Position numbers and translations under genes: made by a program. The notes beneath the pieces are model-generated. The model worked only from the letters and a program-made list of their open reading frames with translations. It was not told where the DNA came from and ran no database searches. A DNA stretch of 64,000 bases from Squalus acanthias. Taxonomy: Eukaryota. Position 1 is the stretch's first letter. Each line of letters opens with the position of its first letter. The stretch lies in contig CM059431.1 of assembly GCA_030390025.1 (NCBI GenBank), positions 111,416,001-111,480,000 on the forward strand, in the 5' to 3' direction. Below are positions 23,746 through 36,274 of this stretch, one piece after another.

Positions 23746-25849
23746 CTGGTGGGGCTGGATTTTGTCTTGGGGTCGGGTTGGGGTCGTGTTATCCACATTT
23801 CGTGTTGCCCCCCCGACTCCAGATTAATGTGGATGAATGATGCAATTTTGACTTAATTGGGTAATTGAGTTCCAGCATGTGGGAACCCATGAACCAATTA
23901 GTGGTTTCAGTCTGAAAGTCGCCTCTGATGATGTCATCATTGCAGGTCAGAGACTGACTGCCTGGCTTTTGCTGTGAGAGGACCTGGATGCAAAATGAGC
24001 AGCAGCTCTGAGGACACAGAGAGAGAGAGAGGGCATAATGGAACTTTTATCTTCCTAAAAGTATATCCATTCTTATAAGGTATCATCATTTTTATTAGCA
24101 CATTGTAGAATACATTTAACAATGCCACACTTCCAGAAGTCCACTCAAAAGGTGAAAAAGGAGCACAGGTCAGAGATAGGTCTACAACCCAGACTTGCCA
24201 ATTCTCCAACATTCACTCTCTTTGTACACAGGAAGTGCAGATCTTTGAATTTAGCCGTATAAGTTTCCATGGCATTATGACAGGTGCTGTAATACAAAAG
24301 TAAGCTTTTTTAAAACATTTTTTTAAAACAAATTTCTAATTTTTGGCTGGAGATCTAGTGAGAGGCCGTTGATCACTGGCTGTCAAAGTCTGGAAAGGAG
24401 TTTATGGGATGTTGGTGATGATGCGTCCATGTAATTACTGGTTATGAGGAGAAGGAAGGTGCCCTTCATGGTAATTATCCACAAGCTCAAAATTGTGGCA
24501 TAAAGTAAGAAAGCATGAAATGAGAAAAGGCTGTTCAGCCCATTAACCTTGCTCCTCCCACAAACCAATGTACAGTCTACACTCTACACACATAGAGTTT
24601 AATCTCACGAGGAAAGTTCTGAGTGAATATTCTCCAACAGCCAAAATTAATCAAGTAAAACCCCAGGATATTCATCCATACTCAACCCTGCTGCCATCCA
24701 TGAGTAACCACCCCTCGGGGACCATTGTGCCAATAGAGTCTTTGATTATCGCTGTCTCTATCCAACCCTGTAATGCCCAATCTATGTCTAGCCCTAAAAG
24801 AAATGATTGGTTCTGCTCCTGTTCAAGTGAAATATGGCAAAAGGAAAACCAATTTATAACCTATAGAACAACCTCAATTAACAGCAAAAAATATGTGCGC
24901 CAACATGCATTTTGACTTGTGTCCCTCCTGGACTTAAAATTATCTTTGGATTCAGCTTCAAATAACCTGAATTTCTGGCCCATCCACATCAAATTCAAAT
25001 CCTGTACTCAAATATTTGCCAATACCCTCCTATGTTATACAGGGAGACAAAGGAAAACTTAAAATGGTCACTAGCAGCAACTTTTGATTTCTAGAACCAA
25101 AAATGACTGAAGGGGACGAATTTTTGTCTTCACCGTCTGTTAACCAATCTCCACCCGATTTTATATGTACTTTTGAGCTGGCAATATTTTGTTTCGTTTC
25201 AAAAGTGGATACGAAAGTGGTTCCCAATGGCACATTAATTTCATCTGATTATAACTGTGAAATTGTTTAGCTGATCAAAATCTGATCAAAAATGACCAAT
25301 AGAACTTGCGACAGAATGGTATTTTTTATATTGCTGACCCAACTTTTTATGTTGTTCAAAATTCCTACAGCCTCTTAGAATAGAAAATGGACAAATATGA
25401 GTTTTGATTTACTAAAGTCAGTGGAGCAGGATAATATTGTGTTTCATATCACACACAAAAAAGCAATAGTTGATTATATATATTTTCAGAGGTTTGTGAT
25501 ATCTATATTGTAACATTTCACAGCTCCAGACACTTCCAATTAAACCCTGATGTAATTTCAATTGTCCTTTTGCAATGTAGTCTCAGTCGAGCTGGATAAA
25601 ACCTCACAGTCAAAACACAGTAGGCTGGAATGTCACTTCCAGTTCAAACTTTCAGTGTGGTTCCTCCCTGCCTATCCTGTTGCAATTAGCAATTTCCCTG
25701 AACCACCTCATTCCATTCCTGTGAAGTAGTTCCGATTCACTGCAAAAAGTAAAACCTCATTGGTTGGCACCGAGCCTTGAAGGAGAATGCTCAGGAAGAA
25801 AAGTGAATTAACCCTTTTGATGCTAATTTTCATGAATACTTCATAACAG

Positions 25850-26458
25850 TAGTTAACAGGCAGATAAGAGGATTATCCCCATTTTTCCCACACAAGTGCG
25901 GGCTTCCCGAAGGCTCCGAACCCCGCCAGGGTCACCGAGGCAAGCAGGGGGTCGGAGGGGTTCAAAAGTGCGCTGTGAAGGTGAGTGATGGGTGCAAGTG
26001 TGGAGAGGTGAGTATCTGAGGTAAGTGGAAAGTTTTAGAAAAAGTGTACTTACCTTTGTTTCTTCCTGCAGGCTTCAATCGTTGGAGATGCGGAGAGTCT
26101 CGCACCTCCGCGGCAGAGATGACAGATGGCCGTTGCATTCTCCCGTGCAACAACCATCTAATTTCTGCAAAAGAAAGAGGTTTGATGAGGTCTTGAATTC
26201 AAGAACTCATCAAACTATAGAGAATGTCAGTGTTTGACAGCTTCACAGAGCTTTTTTTTTGACAGATGAAGCATCATACGTTGACGTTCTCTGCAACCGG
26301 CTTTCCCTTAATTGGCCTGCTAAGCCCGCTGGGCGGGCTTAACAAGATCAATCAAGGGAAAATAGCGTGGGTTGGCCACAAATCGATGGAGGCGGGACAT
26401 CGACCCGCCAAGCAGCAGTCCCGCCTCCAACGCGCCCCCATTGGCAAAATCACCCCCC
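25850..26458. mobile_element. Harbinger-type MITE family C, partial
   Basis: Clear similarity to 58570-59224; ends GCAAAATCACCCCCC. Confidence 0.75.
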
Positions 26459-26851
26459 TAGTGTTAAGAGTCCGCTTGCGATAGATATATATGCATAACT
26501 CAAACATAATTCTGATCCATTTTAATGAAATTCTAAAGTACCAAATCACTTCCGGATCTGAAAAACAAAATGTGCATTCTTGACACCAATCTATACTGTT
26601 TCCAAATGTATGGTTTTAAATGCTCAACACACACACAGTACATTCAATCTACTGTCAAATTTCCCTTTAAAGCGAAAATGTTTGGAACCTTCAGACCTTT
26701 GGGGACTATGTGATACAGTGGATTAATAAAGAATCCTTTCCTCTCTGAGAGCGGAGTTTACATCCAGCCCAGACTGATGGGATGGAATTGAATAGAACCT
26801 TCTCTATCTAATGGCAGAAAGGGCCCTCGGTAAAATGAGCTTCAGCAGCAC

Positions 26852-28065
26852 AGAAACATAGAAACATAAAAAAATAGGAGCAGGAGTAGGCCATTCGGCC
26901 CTTTGAGCCTACTCCGCCATTCAATATGATCATGGCTGATCCTCTATCTCAATACAGGTTGAGCGTCCTGAATCCGGCAGCCTCGGGACTGAGGCCAAGC
27001 CGGTTTTCGTGTTTTTCCGGACTTCGGAACGTGTTTCTGATGTCCGAAGTCCGGAAATATCGTAACCTGGGCTCGGGCGTTTCCAGACTTCGGACATCAG
27101 AAACACGTTCCGAGTCCGGAAATGCCTGGGCCGCTCCGCGTAGCGCTGGCGCGTTTCTCTGCCCCTCCCCTTCTGTTAAAGGGGAGGGACGCTGCAAGCT
27201 CTGCAGAGAATCCGATGGCCCACACTAGGCCACCAGGGCGCAGCCTGGCGGAAACACTTAGTGGAGCTGTGCAGATTAAGGAGGATAAAACACAACACTA
27301 AAGTTTTATTGCATCACTCGCATTTTTCATAGGATTTTTCAAAAAAAGACAACAAAAGTTAATGGCTTTTCGAAGTACAGGTTGAGCGTCCAAAATCCGG
27401 AGTTCCAGATTCCAGAAGATTTTACAGATTCCGGACGACCCTGCCACCAATCGTCCCGGAGTCTGGATTCCGGAACATTCCGGATTCCGGAACTCCGGAT
27501 TTTGGACGCTCAACCTGTACCATATTCCCGCGCTCTCCCCATACCCCTTGATGTCTTTTGTGTCTAGAAATCTATCTATTTCCTTCTTAAATATATTCAG
27601 TGACTTGGCCTCCAGAGCCTTCTGTGGTAGAGAATTCTACAGGTTTACCACCCTCTGAGTGAAGAAATTTCTCCTCATCGCAGTCCTAAATGTCCTACCC
27701 CATATCCTGAGACTGTGACCCCTCGTTCTAGAGTCCCCAGCCAGGGGAAACATCCTCCCTGCATCCAGTCTGTCTAGCCCTGTCAGAATTTTATACGTTT
27801 CAATGAGATGCCCTCTCATTCTTCTAAACTCTAGTGAATACAGGCCGAGTCGACCCAATCTCTCCTCATACGACAGTCCTGCCATCCCAGGAATCAGTCT
27901 GGTGAACCTTTGTTGCACTCCCTCTATGGCAAGTATATCCTTTCTTAGGTAAGGAGACCAAAACTGCACACAGTACTCCAGGTGTGGTCTCACCAAGGCC
28001 CTGTACAACTGTAGTAAGATATCCTTGCCCCTGTACACAAATCCTCTTGCAATGAAGGCCAACAT
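26852..28065 (-). mobile_element. CR1 3' fragment interrupted by a Tigger-like MITE
   Basis: ORF 27637-28131; nearly the same sequence as the CR1 at 13108 once 26955-27519 is removed. Confidence 0.92.
26955..27517. mobile_element. Tc1/mariner-pogo (Tigger-like) composite MITE
   Basis: TIR CAGGTTGAGCGTCC at 26955 and 27378, inverted copy ending at 27517; TA duplication; many TCCGGA motifs. Confidence 0.85.
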
Positions 28066-28644
28066 CAATCTAGTTTTTAGAGTTTGTTGGAGGCGCAGCA
28101 CAAAACTTCCCTCAGTTTGCCACCCATTCAAAGGGATGACAACAATAATGTGGAAATAGGCAACAATTCACAATGATACACTACGGAATGCCATTCTGGT
28201 CGGAAAAATAACCAAATGACTTTTGCATCACACTGCTCTGCCAATGTATTTTATCTGTTTGGGCCAGAATACTGAATAATATTAAAATATTTTACCTCAG
28301 CAAAGAGAAAAGCTGGCACTGGCCAACTCACAACTTTACGAGGATAATGATGGCCAATCTATTGTAGGTCAGTTTCTACTGTATTACTCATTTCATTCTT
28401 TTGACTGTCACGACCCAGTTGTCCCCTAACCAAGTTCAACCAAAATACGTGGCACAATGTAACACCAACAAAATACATTTATTTGAAACGCAAGTAAAGC
28501 AAATCATTTTTTGTTGGCCACACACTGGACTCATGTTGTGAATATTCACATTTTAAGTTTCACAAATCTCTATATTAGATTTAACAAAAAAAATGTTAAA
28601 TGATTCGCGGGCACTTTTCTCATTAATCATCACTAAGGAAACAC

Positions 28645-29258
28645 GGGTCGATTCTCACTGCCTTCGCTTGGCTTTAATGGGGTGGTAGCAGCTTGAAAAT
28701 GGGGTCGGTAGCCTTACCGCCCCCATTAAGACCGCAATGTGGCCGGCTCCATTTCGAAAGGGGCCGACCGCCAGGTGTCCAAAGCACCCGCCTGTTTCAG
28801 GTGATAAGCCCCTATTAATATGGCAATCTGGGTCCTATGACAAAATTAGGACCCCGATTGCCATTTTAGGTTGGAACTGGTTGGAGCCTGCGCTGTGCAC
28901 ACTCTGACCAGTTCACGGGCGACGGAACCGAGGTGGCCCGCCAAAGGTAAGCGTGGAATTATTTTTATGGGCCTTGGAAGAGCAGCAGTGTTCCTACCGG
29001 GGCTCACAAAAATAATATGGACCCCCCCCCCGCCCACCCTCCGTGATCGCGACCTCCTCCTCACAACTTACTTCGCTTGCGGCTGCCTTGGCCTGATCAT
29101 CAGGCCTCAATCTGGCAAGCTGCATCGGGAGGCCTGTTTAGCGGCCCGCAACACGCCTTCCAGATTTAAATGAGGCCGGGGCTTCAAAATTTCGGGGGCC
29201 TCTTCACCACCAACCAGCACGCTCCGCCACTTGGTCCCCCAAAATTCCAAATGGGCCC
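28645..29258. mobile_element. Probable Harbinger-like MITE, degenerate
   Basis: GC-rich block starting GGGTCGATT and ending AATGGGCCC; interior resembles the other MITEs. Confidence 0.45.
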
Positions 29259-30550
29259 TAGAGTGACCACCAAAGTCTGGACCGCCTCAATCCAACTAAC
29301 ACAGTAATTACAAAGCAACACTGACAGGGCTGGTCTATCTGGCCCACCTTAATTAGTTCTTTCTTATCATTTATAGTCAATCACCCACTAAATGGGAAAA
29401 TGACGTTTTGAGGGGTAAAGATACAAAAGCCACTGCTCCACATTTCCTGATGATGGTTAATATGGTTGTGGTAGATTGCCTTCCCTTTATTGAAGACACC
29501 AAATAAGCCAGTTATTAGAGATGAATCTCAATTATTATCATACCTTTTTCTGATTTTTGAATCCACCAGTAAATTCAATGAGCACAGTCTCCTAGGTGCA
29601 GGTCATAGTATCAGGCTTTAGTGTTCTAGACCTATCTTAACTCACACTCCTGCCTAGTGAGAGTCCACTCCAGATGTGCAGCCTCACTGAATTTCCTTAT
29701 CAGCCTATTTTTTTTTATTTTATAATTGCACCTACAACCTAAGTCAAACACATTTTTGATATTATCCATTATGATTAATTATCACGCAATCAAAATGAAA
29801 TTTCTCCACATTTCTGCATGGTAGAATATGTGTCAGAAACTTATTACTGTTACATTATGTGGCTACATCATTAATCACTACATTGTTATCAACAGACACT
29901 TGGAAGAGTTTTAATACATCAATATTTCAACTGGTATGAGCTAAGTTACCTTCTACCTGGATGCATTAATGAAGGTACTAATAGAAAGGGCCACATGTAC
30001 ACAGGGGGATGAATGGGCGTACACTGCAGGATATTATCTCAATACACAAGATGCTGATGGACAATCTATATCGAGTGACAAATGACAGTGGACACAGAAG
30101 TGATAAAAATAGGCACATTTTCCCATATGAATTGTCACAGGTAATTAAGCATGTTCCACATTTCAAATTTTATCAAATTAAAGTGTAATTAACTTATGTA
30201 CTTTCTCTACATCTAAATAAAATGCATTTTGTAAAGTAGCACAAATATATATTACTGTATATAAATATACACAATATTGTACATAAATATGTACAAACAA
30301 TGAATTAAGAAGTATTACTTTTGAGGAACAAAATACATTTTAAAAGTAACATTTTTCTAAAACTATTTGCGATTTACCTATTTACAACTTTTATAAAGAA
30401 CTGTCTACCAGGCTTTGGAAGGGTCTATTCCTTGTTGGAGCCTCCGCAAGTTAGAAGAATTGCCACATTAGCTTTGGTGCATTGGATATGTCCATGAAGC
30501 CTGGCCTTTAGATGATTTACATCCTGGAACTACGAGCAAAAGGCTTGTTA

Positions 30551-31588
30551 ACATAAGAACATAAGAAATAGGAGCAGGAGTAGGCCAATCGGCCCCTCGA
30601 GCCTGCTCCACCATTCAATAAGATCATGGCTGATCTGATCCTAACCTCAAATCTAAAGAACACAAGAAGTAGGAGCAGGACCCGGCCACTCAGCCCCTGG
30701 GTCTGCTCCGCCACCCACAGGGCCCTGACCGATCCGAACTCAGCCTCATGTCCAATTTCCTGCCCGCTCACCGTAACCCCTAATTCCCTTTACCTCTAGG
30801 AAACTATCTATTTCTGTTTTAAATTTATTTAATGATGTAGCTTCCACAGCTTCCTGGGGCAGCAAATTCCATAGACCTACTACCCTCTGAGTGAAGAAGT
30901 TTCTCCTCATCTCAGTTTTGAAAGAGCAGCCCCTTATTCCAAGATTATGCCCCCTAGTTCTAGTTTCACCCATCCTTGGGAACATCCTTACCGCATCCAC
31001 CCGATCAAGCCCCTTCACAATCTTATATGTTTCAATAAGATCGCCTCTCATTCTTCTGAACTCCAATGAGTAGAGTCCCAATCTACTCAACCTCTCCTCA
31101 TATGTCCACCCCCTCATCCCCGGGATTAACCGAGTGAACCTTCTTTGTACTGCCTCAAGAGCAAGTATGTCTTTTCTTAAGTATGGACACCAAAACTGTA
31201 TGCAATATTCCAGGTGCGGTCTCACCAATACCTTATATAACTGCAGCAATACCTCCCTGTTTTTATAATCTATCCCCCTAGCAATAAAAGCCAACATTCC
31301 GTTGGCCTTCTTGATCACCTGCTGCACCTGCATACTAACTTTTTGATTTTCTTGCACTAGGACCCCCAGGTCCCTTTGTACTGCAGTACTTTCCAGTTTC
31401 TCGCCATTAAGATAATAACTTGCTCTCTAATTTTTCCTGCCAAAGTGCATAACCTCACATTTTCCAATATTGTATTGCATCTGCCAAATCTCTGCCCACT
31501 CACCCAGCCTGTCTATATCCCCTTGTAGGTTTTTTATGTCCTCCTCACTTTCTACTTTCCCTCCCATCTTTGTATCATCTGCAAACTT
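30551..31588 (-). mobile_element. 5'-truncated CR1 LINE with doubled 3' UTR
   Basis: KFADDTKMGG at the 5' end, ORF 30746-31357, and two successive 3'-UTR-like modules. Confidence 0.93.
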
Positions 31589-31947
31589 TGTTGTTTTGAT
31601 CCACGAGTCAACCGGTTCCACCATCTCTGCTGAGTCAAACTGCATTATGCAATGCAAAAGCATCGTCAGTGTACATATGGTTGAAACCACATTGCACAGC
31701 TTCAGACGTTCTGAATCCTTTGAACAGTAGTTCAGTGCAACTCTTCTGCCTTTTCTTAGTGTGAGGGTAGCAAATGAAGGAACAGAAAATATCGACCTTA
31801 GTTTATCCGTCACCGTGTGCTTTTGGGGAAGGTTCTCCAGCTTGTATAGGATTATACTAGAATGGCCTTGCTCCTTCCAAAAGAGCAATGTCATCCTTCA
31901 ACAGCAAAGGCTCAAAGATCCCCATGGGATGTTATGGCCTGAGATGG

Positions 31948-31993
31948 TCAAATACTCCATGGGACCCAAGTGGCAGGGAGAGGGCATGTTATC
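31948..31993 (-). CDS. Candidate terminal coding exon of the unidentified host gene: (W)ITCPLPATWVPWSI*
   Basis: Acceptor TTGCTGTCCTCTGCAG; phase 2 matches the 35037-35083 exon; UTR-like AT-rich sequence and minus-strand AATAAA at 29714-19 and 29486-91 lie downstream. Confidence 0.5.
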
Positions 31994-33527
31994 CTGCAGA
32001 GGACAGCAAGCCATGGTTGAGATAGGAAGACATGAGGGTGGCTGAACATTTCGTTTTCACAATCTGTAGGCATCAAGGAATATTTATGCAGAACTTTCAC
32101 TCAGATGAATAACAAAATGGAGTAGAACTCGTGATAGCATAGGTTCTACAAGGTCTGTGGGAAGATGCAGGCCAAATTGTCTATTCTCATTCCAAGAGGA
32201 CTATATATTTGATATTGTTTCCTTATGTTCTTATGATGTTCTGTCCTCGGGTTCTGTAATGTATTTCCCCTTCCTGCTATTGTCATCATTGTCAATGTCT
32301 TCTTCCTTAGGGGAAATTGACGGGGTCATCTGTTAACAATTTAGATGATGTGGATGTGGGAGGCTCATCCTTGGAAATGTGTTAAAATATGCAATTGAAA
32401 ATGACCTACAAAGGACTCTGAAGCCGTCCTCTTGGGTCTTGTGCTGTTGTTATTCTTTGTCCTTAAATGATTGTTACACAACTCACTCTTAACTTGTAGT
32501 GGGTTATTGATTTTACCTATCATTAAATGCCATATGGCACTTTTCTATTAGCGCTCAATGAAAATTTAAAGTAGTAGCAAAGTTGTCAGATTGATTCAAT
32601 ATAGTTGAAAATGTTAAACTATAAACTGCTCTATCATGAATACCATGCAGACTTTTAGGATTAATATAAAACCTCAGATGATTTATTGCATCTTTTTCTT
32701 TATTCGCTTATGGGATCTGGGCGTCGCTGGCAAGGCCAGCCTTTATTGCCCATCCCTAGTTGCCCTTGAGAAGGTAGTGGTGGTGAGCCACCTTCTTGAA
32801 CCGCTGCAGTCCGTGTGGTGATGGTACTCCCACAGTGCTGTTAGGTAGGGAGTTCCAGGATTTTGACCCAGCTACGATGAAGGATCGGCGATATACTTCT
32901 AAGTCAGGATGGTGTGTGGCTTGGAGGGGAACTTGGAGGTGGTTGTGTTCCCATGCGTCTGCTGCCCTTGTCCTTCTAGGTAGAAGTCACGGGTTTGGGA
33001 GGTGCTGCCGAAGAAGCCTTGGCGAGTTGCTGCAGTGCATCTTGTAGATGGTACACACTGTAGCCACGGTACGCCAGTGGTGGAGGGAGTGAATGTTTAA
33101 GGTGGTGGATGGGGTGCCAATCAAACAAGTTGCTTTGTCCTGGATGGTGTCAAGCTTCTTGAGTGTTGTTGCAGCTGCACTCATCCAGGCAAGTGGAGAA
33201 TATTCCATCACACTCCTTACTTGTGCCTTGTAGATGGTGGAAAGGCTTTGGGGAGTCAGGAGGTGAGACACTCGCCGCAGAATACCTAGCCTCTGACCTG
33301 TTCTTGTTGCCACAGTATTTATGTGGCTGGTCCAGTTAAGTTTCTGGTCAATGGTGACCCCCAGGATGTTGATGGTGGGGGATTCGGCGATGGTAATGCC
33401 GTTGAATATCAAGGGGAGGTGGTTAGACTCTCGCTTTTTGGAGATAGTCATTGCCTGGCACTTGTGTGGCGCGAATGTTACCTGCCATTTCTCAGCCCAA
33501 GCCTGAACGTCGTCCAGGTCTTGTTAC

Positions 33528-33737
33528 ATGTGAGAAGTTGCACAACACCAGGTTATACTCCAACAGCTTTATTTGAAATCACAAGCTTTCGGAGCGCTGC
33601 TCCTTCGTCAGGTGACCTGACGAAGGAGCAGCGCTCCGAAAGCTTGTGATTTCAAATAAAGCTGTTGGACTATAACCTGGTGTTGTGCGACTTCTCACAT
33701 TTGTCCACCCCAGTCCAACACCGGCATCTCCACATCA
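33528..33737. mobile_element. Penelope-like short insertion: 86-bp inverted arms plus 37-bp tail
   Basis: Palindrome 33528-33700 centred on 33614 with 2 mismatches; duplication TTGTTACATGTG at 33521-32 and 33738-49. Confidence 0.75.
33577..33615 (-). ncRNA. Minimal type-I hammerhead-ribozyme-like motif (mirror copy on + at ~33615-33649)
   Basis: TCAC-CTGACGA-A-GGAGC-AGC-GCTCC-GAAA-GC-TT-GTGA: CUGANGA and GAAA cores, 5-bp stem II, 4-bp stem I, palindromic AAGCTT stem III; one extra A in the core. Confidence 0.55.
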
Positions 33738-35036
33738 TTGTTACATGTGGGCATGGACTGCTTCATTATCTGAGGAATTGTGAATGGTGCTGAACACTGT
33801 GCAGTCATCAGCGAACATCCCCATTTCTGATCTTATATTGGAGGGAAGGTCATTGATGAAGCAGCTGAAGATGGTTGGGCCTAGGACACTGCCCTGAGGA
33901 ACTCCTGCAGCGATGTCCTGGTGCTGTGATGATTGACCTTCAATCACCACAACCATCTTCCTTTGTGCTAGGTATGACTCCTGCCAGTGGAGCGTTTTCC
34001 CCATGATTCCCATTGACTTCAGTTTTACTAGGGCTCCTTGATGCCACACTCGGTCAAATGCTGACTTGATGTCAAGGGCAGTCACTCTCACCTCACCTCT
34101 GGAATTCAGCTCCTTTGTCCATGTTTGGACCAAGGCTGTAATGAGGTCGGGAGCTGAGTGGTCTTGGCGGAACCCAAACTGGGCATCAGTGAGCAGGTTA
34201 TTGGTGAGTAAGTGCCGCTTGATAGCACTGTCGATGACACCTTCCATCACTTTGCTGATGATTGAGAGTAGACTGATGGGGCGGTAATTGGCCGGGTTGG
34301 ATTTGTCCTGCTTTTTGTGGACAGGACATACCTGGGCAGTTTTCCACATTGTCGGATAGATGCCAGTGTTGTAGCTGTACTGGAACAACTTGGCTAGAGG
34401 CGCGGCTAGTTCTGGAGCACAAGTCTTCAGCACGATAGCTGGGATGTTGTCGGGGCCCATAGCCTTCGCTGTATCCAGTGCACTCAGCCGTTTCTTGATA
34501 TCACGTGGAGCAAATCGAATTGGCTGAAGACTGGCTTCTGTGATGGTGGGGACCGCAGGAGTAGGCCAATATGGATCATCCACTTGGCACTTCTGGCTGA
34601 AGATGGTTGCAAATGCTTCAGCCTTGTCATTTGCACTCACATGCTGGGCTCCACCATCATTGAGGATGGGGATATTCATGGCGCCTCCTCCTCCCGTTAG
34701 TTGTTTAATGGTCCACCACCATTCACGACTGGGTGTGGCAGGACTGCAGAGCTTTTATCTGATCCGTTGATTGTGGGATCGCTTAACTCTGTCTATAGCA
34801 TGCTGCTTCCGCTGTTTAGCATGCATGTAGTCCTGTGTTGCAGCTTCCCCAGGTTGGCATCTCATTTTTAGGTACGCCTGAATTATAATAGGACTTAGGC
34901 TACCGCCGAACAAATTCATGCTACATATTGTTATCCATTGAATTTAATGTAAAATGTCACTGTTGGCCTGATAGATATAAATGCGTTCACAAGTAAACCT
35001 ATGAATTTAGATTTCTGACAATGTTTTTCAGTTTAC

Positions 35037-35083
35037 CAGACTACTGGAGTACAATACTGGCACACAACTGATTCCAGCTTCAA
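35037..35083 (-). CDS. Candidate internal exon LKLESVVCQYCTPVV (phase 0 to 2)
   Basis: Acceptor TTTTTTTATTGTCCGCACAG, donor CTG|GTAAAC; open and phase-compatible with neighbours. Confidence 0.55.
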
Positions 35084-36274
35084 CTGTGCGGACAATAAAA
35101 AAACTAATTATGGTAATCATCAACGTGTACGCATATTTTATTAAAATGTACTGGATCCTATTCAGAAATCATCAATGCACTATATTCATTAACTTCTAAT
35201 TGACTTCACACTCCAACAGACCATAAATACACCGCTTCACGAGGCACCCTTCATTTCTATTATCACACTGCATAAAACCTACAAAAAGCTAATGATCTCT
35301 GTGGTTCTCTCTCCCGACTGAACCTGAAATGGAGCAAAAAAAGTCATCATGGTGAAGCTATAATAAGAAACTAATGTCTCCAAGGACACAACCATTTTGA
35401 TCAATTCATCTCCGAACTCTTTAAACACTTGCTCCTCATCAAGTGAATCCTACGCCCAACTAAAAGCGAATATTCCCATCTTTGATCTTAGCCTTAATAC
35501 AAGGTTGACAAGACGGGACTTTTACAAGTATAAATGGATAATTAAATAGAGCTGACACAAGGAATGAAAGAGCCCAAATCTTATGGTTATAATGATAGTC
35601 CACAACATCTATTCACACATAATACAATAGCTATTGAACCAATTCAAGGAATGATGGAAACCACAGCAATCCAAAAATTTTAATCAAAGGTAATCAAGCG
35701 GAGAGCTACTATCTGGAGAAGCTTGACTAAGAAACATAAAAGAACCATCGCAGACCCAGCAATCAGGAAAAGGTAAGACTTTGCAAATGTTTCTCTGTAA
35801 AGTCATAATTAAGTTGCAACTTTTAAACAGTTTAACACCCTTGCGTAATTAGTGCATATAAGAATTTCATTCCAGTTATTTTTATACCACTATTGCATAG
35901 CACGTTTTCGACTCCAACTGGAAATCTAACTGAATATTTCTAGTATTATTGCATCTGTAGCATTTGTGGCTTGAAGGAATAATATAACTGAAGTGGACAG
36001 GAGCATGACTAAAGATGAAGGAACTGGTTGTCACTTTTAAATAACGGTGAGATTTGCCAGTCCACTATGGCTTCAAAGAATGTTGCAACCCTAGGATTGC
36101 TTTGTACTTTTTTGTGCAAAGCAACAGACACAGAAGTACACTTGCATTTCCTCTTTTATGATCTATTCAAGTAAAAAAGAATGAACCATCAGGACGAAAA
36201 AACACAAAAAAATGTCAGTAAAGGAGAGACCAGTTCATGAAATAAATGTACCATCTTCAACAAGGGAAAACTTA

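Larger units (their letters stand above)
32698..34880 (-). mobile_element. CR1 LINE, ~2.2 kb, interrupted by a palindromic insertion
   Basis: ORF 33741-34679 (NYRPISLLS, QFGFR, PQGSVLGP, FADD) continues in ORF 32987-33451. Confidence 0.95.

Noticed and set aside
31427..31894. 155-aa ORF joining unique sequence to CR1 RT
   Set aside because: Chance read-through into the truncated 5' end of a CR1; no evidence of a fusion gene.
35200..35780. Possibly decayed retroelement-like A-rich stretch ending in an AAG|GTAAGA donor
   Set aside because: No motif could be recovered reliably.
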